Shown here in pieces: positions 58,178-64,000 of a DNA stretch of 64,000 nt; positions within the stretch are counted from its first letter, which is position 1; each line of letters begins with the position of its first letter. The notes beneath the pieces were generated by a model. It was not told where the DNA came from. It saw only the letters and a list, made by a program, of their open reading frames with translations, and did not search any database. Made by a program: the position numbers and the translations under genes. The DNA comes from Candidatus Cloacimonadales bacterium (GTDB taxonomy: Bacteria; Cloacimonadota; Cloacimonadia; Cloacimonadales; JAIOQZ01): assembly GCA_963674825.1 (NCBI GenBank), contig OY771587.1, positions 704,001-768,000 on the forward strand, given 5' to 3'.

Positions 58178-59911
58178 TCAGTTACGAACTTCACAAGGCA
58201 TAAGAGCTTGTACCGGATCATCCTCAATCACATGGAGAAGCAGTTCCGCCTCATCGCGAGCATCTTCAGGAAGAATCATCCGGGCCAGATCCATGCGGGA
58301 AAGCGGTATGTTAAACTTATCCTTCAGGAGCTCTTCGAAGAGCGATCGTTTCTCAGGATAATAGACGGTTCCAAAGCCATCCGTTTCGGCCAATATGGAA
58401 GCCTTGACAATCGCGTCATGCAACGTACCGACTTCGTCGATCAAGCCAATATCCTTCGCCATTGCGCTAGTGTAAACCTTGCCTTGGGCAATCTCCTGCA
58501 CCTGGTCCATATCAATCTTGCGACCCTCGGAAACACGCTGTTTGAATTCGGTATATACGATCTGGATATGATCGCGCATCGAACCCTTGAACTCCGGCGT
58601 CATATCTTTCCAGGGATTGAACGGCTCGGCGAATTTTCCGCGACGGACACCATCAGTTTTTACACCGATCATATCGCCGGTATCCTTCAGAACGGGGATT
58701 ATGGCGATTACGCCGATCGATCCGGTGATCGTCGCCGGTTCCGCAAATACGTAGTCCGCCGGGCAGGCGATGTAGTATCCACCCGATGCCGCAACGCCCC
58801 CCATCGATACCACGACAGGTAGGCCGTCTTTCTTCAGATCGAGGATGCGGTTCCAGATTTTATCCGATTCAAGCGCGCTTCCGCCGGGGCTGTTTATGCG
58901 AAGCACCACCGCTTTTATAGTCGGGTCATCCTGGATCGCGTCGAATGCTTTATCGATCTTCTTGTTACTTAAAACCGTTTGGCCGAAGTGATCGGTTGAG
59001 TTCGTTATCATACCCTCTGCATAAACAACTGCAACATTTTTCAGGCTGGGCATACTGGGCTTGATATTGTAGCGCGAGAATTTGACCAGATGATCACGGT
59101 CGATATCGAGATCGGTCAGAAGGTCATCACGATACTTGAGCTCGTCAATGAGCTTATACTCAAGCGCTTTATCCGGTGTGATGAAGAAATTTTCCCGTCC
59201 TTCATAGAGCTGCTTCAGGCTGTCGTAATCGAGCCCTTCCCGACGCTCGGAAACCGCCTGGAGCTTGTATTCGTAGATACCGTCGATGATGCCTTCGAGG
59301 TTCTTACGCATGTAAGGCGACATTGAATCGCGAGAATAGGTCTCACCCGCGCCCTTGTAGTCACCCGCCTGGAACACCTCGAAGTGGATACCGATCTTGG
59401 AAAGCATCGTCTTGTAAAAGATATAGCTTCCACCAACACCCGTAAGAGTAAGCGCGGAGGAATTTGACGGCGGCATAAAGATTTTATCCGCATAGGATGC
59501 CAGATAGTAGTTACCGTCCGAAGCATTCTCCAGATAGGCATAGACCGGCTTGCCGCTTGCCTGGAACTGTTTAAGCGCATTACCGATTCGATCGCGAATA
59601 ACCATACTGGTGCTCATACCGTATGGTTCGAGCAGGATTCCCTTTATATGATCATCGGTCTCGGCCTGCTGAATCGCAGCAACGATATCATGGCACGAGG
59701 TGACATCCATGTTCGGCATAAAGGTGTCGTCGTATTCAAAATATTCCTGAATATTACCTGCTAATGGCAGCCATAGCCATGAATTTGATGTCACTTTTTT
59801 GGGGCTTGCATCCGGCATGACGGATGATATCCCAATCACAAGCAGAAAAAACATGAGGACCAGGACTCCGACCGAAGTCAGACATCCCAGTAAAAACCAT
59901 TTACCTTTCAT
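58178..59911 (-). CDS. sppA: Signal peptide peptidase SppA, long form
   Basis: SGKPVYAY, YYLAS, GDYKGAGE, LRINSPGGS, SMGGVAASGGYY, TITGSIGV. Confidence 0.95.
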   Translation of the reverse strand: MKGKWFLLGCLTSVGVLVLMFFLLVIGISSVMPDASPKKVTSNSWLWLPLAGNIQEYFEYDDTFMPNMDVTSCHDIVAAIQQAETDDHIKGILLEPYGMSTSMVIRDRIGNALKQFQASGKPVYAYLENASDGNYYLASYADKIFMPPSNSSALTLTGVGGSYIFYKTMLSKIGIHFEVFQAGDYKGAGETYSRDSMSPYMRKNLEGIIDGIYEYKLQAVSERREGLDYDSLKQLYEGRENFFITPDKALEYKLIDELKYRDDLLTDLDIDRDHLVKFSRYNIKPSMPSLKNVAVVYAEGMITNSTDHFGQTVLSNKKIDKAFDAIQDDPTIKAVVLRINSPGGSALESDKIWNRILDLKKDGLPVVVSMGGVAASGGYYIACPADYVFAEPATITGSIGVIAIIPVLKDTGDMIGVKTDGVRRGKFAEPFNPWKDMTPEFKGSMRDHIQIVYTEFKQRVSEGRKIDMDQVQEIAQGKVYTSAMAKDIGLIDEVGTLHDAIVKASILAETDGFGTVYYPEKRSLFEELLKDKFNIPLSRMDLARMILPEDARDEAELLLHVIEDDPVQALMPCEVRN

Positions 59912-60037
59912 CGCTTATCCTCCAATGTATCATTGATTGATTGCTTCTATTACTATGATGCTCCACCAACTATAAGTTCTTTCGACAGCTGTGGATTCAC
60001 AATATGTCACGCTGAAAATCAGTGAATCGAGGCCAGA

Positions 60038-61393
60038 TTACTCACCGTCCTGAAAAATATCAAGTTCTTTCAATTTTCGGGACAGATTACTCTGATGTAG
60101 CGAGAGGGCTTTGGCTGTATTTGAAATGTGATTATCGAATTTCTGGAGTTGCGTTGCAAGATATCGCGTCTCGAATTCCTTCTTCTTATCGTTGAACGGC
60201 TGTGTATCCTGCCAGAAGCTGGAATCGCATTCTGCCTTCTCGGAGCCTTCCACGGGAAGGATACTCGGAAGAATATGCTGCTCCTCGACCAGGATGTAGA
60301 TGCGCTCGATAAGGTTACGCAACTCGCGAACATTACCCGGAAAACGCCATGTTTTGAGCTCGTTGATGGTCGAGAGATCAAAATCTTTTTCTTGAACATT
60401 CAGTTCCTGTGCGAAAAAGTGCGAGAAATGCTTGATGAGTATCGGGATATCGCTAGCCCGTTCACGCAAGGGTGGACAAAAGACCGGTACAACGTTGAGC
60501 CGGTAAAAAAGGTCCTCGCGAAACAATCCTTCTTTCACCATCTGGCTGAGGTCCTTGTGCGTCGCTGCGATGATACGTGCGTCGATCTTGCGGGTGTTGG
60601 TGCTACCAACCCGCTCAAACTCGCCTTCCTGCATCACACGAAGAATCTTCGCCTGCGCCGAGAGTGACATATCGCCGATCTCGTCCAGAAAGATGGTTCC
60701 GCCATCAGCTTCTTCGAGCTTGCCGCGTTTTGTCTTGATCGCACCGGTAAACGCACCCTTTTCGTAGCCGAAGAGCTCACTTTCCACCAACTCCGTGGGG
60801 ATCGCTGCGGAATTGAACTTGATGAAAGGCTTGTCGGCACGCCGACTCTGGCTGTGGATCGCGTAAGCGACCAACTCCTTGCCCGTACCGCTCTCACCCT
60901 GGATGAGCACCTTGGAATTGCTGCCGGAGACCTTGCGGATGATCTCTTTCAGCTTCAGCATACCATCACTCTCACCCACCAACCGATAGCCTTCTTCCAA
61001 GCTGGATTTAAATCTGCGGTATTCGCGGTTGATGGAGCCGAACTCGAGAGCTTTCTTTACGGCCAGCTTGACCTTGGGAAGGCTGAGCGGTTTCTCGAGG
61101 AAATCGAATGCCCCGAGTTTGATGGCGCGTACCGCCTCGCTGATACCGCTGTGGCCAGATATCATGATCACTTCGATCGATTTGTCAAAATGGAGGACTT
61201 TCTCGAGCGTCTCCAGACCATTCAACCCATCCATCTGTACATCCAGCAGGATCACGTCCGGATCGAAATTCTCCAGCTTCCGGAGGCCTTCGATGCCATT
61301 TTCAGCAATCTCACAGGTGTAACCTTCGTCGTGCATAATGCTGCAAAGAGTGTTCCGAATGTTAGGTTCATCATCGATGATCAGAATGTTCAT
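60038..61393 (-). CDS. Sigma54-dependent response regulator (NtrX/NtrC family)
   Basis: IDDE...LLD receiver, GESGTGKE, ESELFGYEKGAFTGA, FLDEIG, FREDLFYRLNV, GNVREL, C-terminal HTH. Confidence 0.93.
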   Translation of the reverse strand: MNILIIDDEPNIRNTLCSIMHDEGYTCEIAENGIEGLRKLENFDPDVILLDVQMDGLNGLETLEKVLHFDKSIEVIMISGHSGISEAVRAIKLGAFDFLEKPLSLPKVKLAVKKALEFGSINREYRRFKSSLEEGYRLVGESDGMLKLKEIIRKVSGSNSKVLIQGESGTGKELVAYAIHSQSRRADKPFIKFNSAAIPTELVESELFGYEKGAFTGAIKTKRGKLEEADGGTIFLDEIGDMSLSAQAKILRVMQEGEFERVGSTNTRKIDARIIAATHKDLSQMVKEGLFREDLFYRLNVVPVFCPPLRERASDIPILIKHFSHFFAQELNVQEKDFDLSTINELKTWRFPGNVRELRNLIERIYILVEEQHILPSILPVEGSEKAECDSSFWQDTQPFNDKKKEFETRYLATQLQKFDNHISNTAKALSLHQSNLSRKLKELDIFQDGE

Positions 61394-62543
61394 GATATTC
61401 CTCCATTATCAATTCAAATCGCGTCTCTTCGCCGGGTGTCGACTTGGCACGTATCACGCCATGATTGACCTCTGTGAGACGCTTGACCAGCGCCAGACCA
61501 AGTCCGGTTCCACGCTGCTTGCGTGTAAAATAGGGATCGAAGATGCGTGAGATATCCTCCTGCTTGATGCCCTTGCCATGATCGATAATCTCCAGCACCA
61601 GATAGCTGCGGCTGGAGAAAAGGTTGATGTCGATCACACCTTCCTGAGGTGAGGCGTCGATGGCATTTTGCAAAACGTTTGTAAAAATCTGGTAGAAGTG
61701 GGTTTTATCAAACCGTATTTGATGAACCCGAACCAGGTCGGTTTTGATCGTATAACTGTGCTGATAGGAACGAAGGATTTCATTGATCACCGTTGAGGGA
61801 TCGAATACTTCGGGCTGCGGTGTCGAGGCCTTGGCGAAAGTAGAGAATTCCTGCACAAGCTTGCGCAGGTTATTGACCTCCTGGGTGATGACGGATGAGG
61901 ATTCGGGAAATATCTCATAGAAACGGTCGCGATCAAGCTCGTACTTCTCCTCCATGCGCTGCACCGCGAGCTGGATTGGAGTAAGGGGATTCTTGATCTC
62001 ATGCGCCAGGATGCGCGACATCTCTTTCCAGATCATCTCTTTTTCCGCTTGCAAAAGCTTGCGCTGGGTGGTTTCGAGCTGTCGGCTCATGTCGTTGAAT
62101 GACTGTTTTAGCCGTCGCATCTCCTCGGTGCCGGACTCGGGAAGCCGGACATTATAGTCGCCTTCGCGGATCTTCTCCGTGGCACGCCGCATCTGTTGCA
62201 GAGGTCGCGTCAGATACATGAACACGAAGATGAAGATGGTGATTGATACTACCGCGATGACCAGCAGCACCAGCGAAAAATTGCGCCGCATATCGACCTG
62301 CACAGCGCGAATTCCGGCGATAGAGTCGTTCAGATGCGTAAAATACTGCTTGGCAGCCGTGCTGTCGGAGGCTGTCTCGAAGACCATGTTAGGAAAGAGA
62401 TTCCTTGAAGACATCTGGTGGAAGATGTCGTTCATTTTCTCCTGATTCGACTTGAAGAAGCCGTTGAATACCAGCAGACCGAGCAGGTAGAGAGCGATGA
62501 ATACCACGAAAACCGAAAAACGCAATCCAAGCCTAATTTTCAT
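61371..62543 (-). CDS. HAMP sensor histidine kinase (NtrY-like)
   Basis: Two TM segments, HAMP, AHEIKNPLTPIQL, NVLQNA, DHGKG, GTGLGL. Confidence 0.92.
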   Translation of the reverse strand: MKIRLGLRFSVFVVFIALYLLGLLVFNGFFKSNQEKMNDIFHQMSSRNLFPNMVFETASDSTAAKQYFTHLNDSIAGIRAVQVDMRRNFSLVLLVIAVVSITIFIFVFMYLTRPLQQMRRATEKIREGDYNVRLPESGTEEMRRLKQSFNDMSRQLETTQRKLLQAEKEMIWKEMSRILAHEIKNPLTPIQLAVQRMEEKYELDRDRFYEIFPESSSVITQEVNNLRKLVQEFSTFAKASTPQPEVFDPSTVINEILRSYQHSYTIKTDLVRVHQIRFDKTHFYQIFTNVLQNAIDASPQEGVIDINLFSSRSYLVLEIIDHGKGIKQEDISRIFDPYFTRKQRGTGLGLALVKRLTEVNHGVIRAKSTPGEETRFELIMEEYHEHSDHR

Positions 62544-63096
62544 CCGGATAACCCCACACGAATTTTCCCCGAGCTATCGGGCGTTTATGATGCCAGAGAT
62601 TCATCAGGTCGAATTCCTCGTCCGTGGATTCCAGGCGAAGCTTGGTCAGATAGCCGCTGACCACTACCTCGAATTCGTCTCCGGGATTATACTGCGGAGG
62701 CACTTCCCATTTGCAGTGAAAGCCACGTATTGCCTCCAACACCTGCTCGTGCGAATCGAGTGTAATCAGCTGATCATTTTCCTGGATGAATACAGTGTAG
62801 AAATGCAGGAGCGGATCGTATTTGACCCGGTGCGCATAATACATCTCGGCAACATTATAGCGATTATAACGTACCTGAATAAGAAACCACACCGTGATGG
62901 GTTTTCCGCAGCGGAAGAACTCTTCAAAATCGTTTTCGAAGGCGTTTTCGAGGTTTGCAGAGATCTCGATGCCAGTCTTGTCCTGTTGCAACGCAACTCC
63001 GTCAAACTCTGCGAAGTTGCCCTTATACGATGAGAAAAGCATCGATGTAAAGGTAACAACGCTTGTAATTACTTTCTTTCCGAACGCCCCGAACAT
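62533..63096 (-). CDS. DUF4390-like protein
   Basis: G.PIT..F...VKYDPL...YTV pattern and position just upstream of an NtrY/NtrX-like pair. Confidence 0.6.
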   Translation of the reverse strand: MFGAFGKKVITSVVTFTSMLFSSYKGNFAEFDGVALQQDKTGIEISANLENAFENDFEEFFRCGKPITVWFLIQVRYNRYNVAEMYYAHRVKYDPLLHFYTVFIQENDQLITLDSHEQVLEAIRGFHCKWEVPPQYNPGDEFEVVVSGYLTKLRLESTDEEFDLMNLWHHKRPIARGKFVWGYPDEN

Positions 63097-63250
63097 AGTG
63101 CCAACCCGTTGTTTATCACGTATAATATACCGTTATGTTTCTCACGCACGATTGCGTCTGGTTCTATTACGTCAAGATTTTATTGCTCTCAAAAAGGGGA
63201 TGACGGGTGCTCCAGGTCGAAACACCCGTCCTGAGAAGAGAGTGGGAGGA

Positions 63251-64000
63251 TTAAAAACCAAGCCATGGTCCGATACTGAAGGTCAGACCATTATAGGAAG
63301 TGTTCGGTGAACCTTCCATATCAAAACTTTTATCCATCATCTTCGCTTGCCAGCCCGAATGCCAGGAGTAGCCAAGCATGTAACCCGCTTCAGCGCGAAG
63401 TCTGAGCCAGCTGAGGATCTTTATATAGGTCGCGACACGCGGATGGAAGATCATGTATTCCTTTTTCAGTTCGAGATGGTTGTTTCCGCTCATATCCATG
63501 CCATCGGCGATGTTTTCCCAATTAACATTTCCTGCATCCGCTGCGGTCTGGGTAATCTTGACCATGCTGGTACTCTTACCTACGGTAAAACCTACGGAAG
63601 TAGTAAGCCAACTCGCCAGGCGGAAGCGACGATCGAGGCTGACTCCCCAATAGTTCGTCCAGTAGCGAAGCCTTCGAGTGGTCATTACACCATCTTCGGT
63701 TACATGATTTTTCGAGCGACTGAGCTCCGGATACCAGAAGTAAGAACCGCCAAGGTAGAATTTTCCGCCTACATGGAAATTACCGTGGAATCCCTGCATG
63801 AGCAAGCCGCTGTCGTCCATATCACTGAACCCGAACTGATTCATGATGTGATTGAGGTCATCCATATCGGGCTGATAAAGCTCAGGTGTCCAGCCGAAGC
63901 CACCGTGGCCTGTTGACGCGGAGTCATCATTGTAGTCCTTCAGCGTGAAGTATTCTTCTTCGAATGAATTTCCCTTGCGGCCAAAGGTGAAATCGATGAC
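63251..64000 (-). CDS. Probable outer-membrane beta-barrel-like protein, 5' end outside the window
   Basis: Frame stays open to 64000 (VIDFTFGRKG...PDMDDL); amphipathic strands ending GLTFSIGPWLGF. Confidence 0.65.
   Translation of the reverse strand, partial: VIDFTFGRKGNSFEEEYFTLKDYNDDSASTGHGGFGWTPELYQPDMDDLNHIMNQFGFSDMDDSGLLMQGFHGNFHVGGKFYLGGSYFWYPELSRSKNHVTEDGVMTTRRLRYWTNYWGVSLDRRFRLASWLTTSVGFTVGKSTSMVKITQTAADAGNVNWENIADGMDMSGNNHLELKKEYMIFHPRVATYIKILSWLRLRAEAGYMLGYSWHSGWQAKMMDKSFDMEGSPNTSYNGLTFSIGPWLGF

Noticed and set aside
63089..63106. TTGGCAC upstream of the DUF4390-like gene as a sigma54 promoter
   Set aside because: The -12 position reads TTCGG rather than TTGC, and the site overlaps the start codon.

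Overview
Bacterial chromosomal window from a diderm organism. Four secreted proteins end in the FlgD-Ig/T9SS-type tail (YPNPFNP...SGxYF...LLK/LMK) and one carries a 'TLPVVLSSF' linker, which points to the FCB group, most likely Cloacimonadota (inference, not a database result). Housekeeping blocks: a SurA/PrsA-type PPIase, miaA and mutL at the left end; an rlmL-like methylase, glyS-pta, a macAB-like operon, tRNA-Leu-tig-clpP-clpX, sppA and a DUF4390/NtrY-like/NtrX-like operon at the right. Two accessory regions stand out. (1) A ~3.1 kb AT-richer array of orphan Rhs core/toxin-tip/immunity cassettes between mutL and the 3' end of tRNA-Pro(CGG). (2) A ~24 kb divergent beta-1,3-glucan (laminarin-type) utilisation locus (10082-34101) with two GH16, GH17, GH30, a GH161-like phosphorylase, two non-catalytic repeat proteins and a GntR-LacI regulator. 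This locus has no SusC/SusD or TonB-dependent receptor. Instead it has a clan GH-A hydrolase fused to a probable outer-membrane beta-barrel with a partner lipoprotein, and an MFS sugar permease with a ~165-aa periplasmic insertion. It is the best candidate for an undescribed system. A 12-bp palindrome TGCTATATAGCA marks both divergent promoters. Also found: a full sigma54 promoter architecture ahead of two tandem FtsX-like permeases, and a pair of covarying REP-like hairpins flanking the macAB-like operon. All family assignments come from motif recognition by eye; no searches were run.
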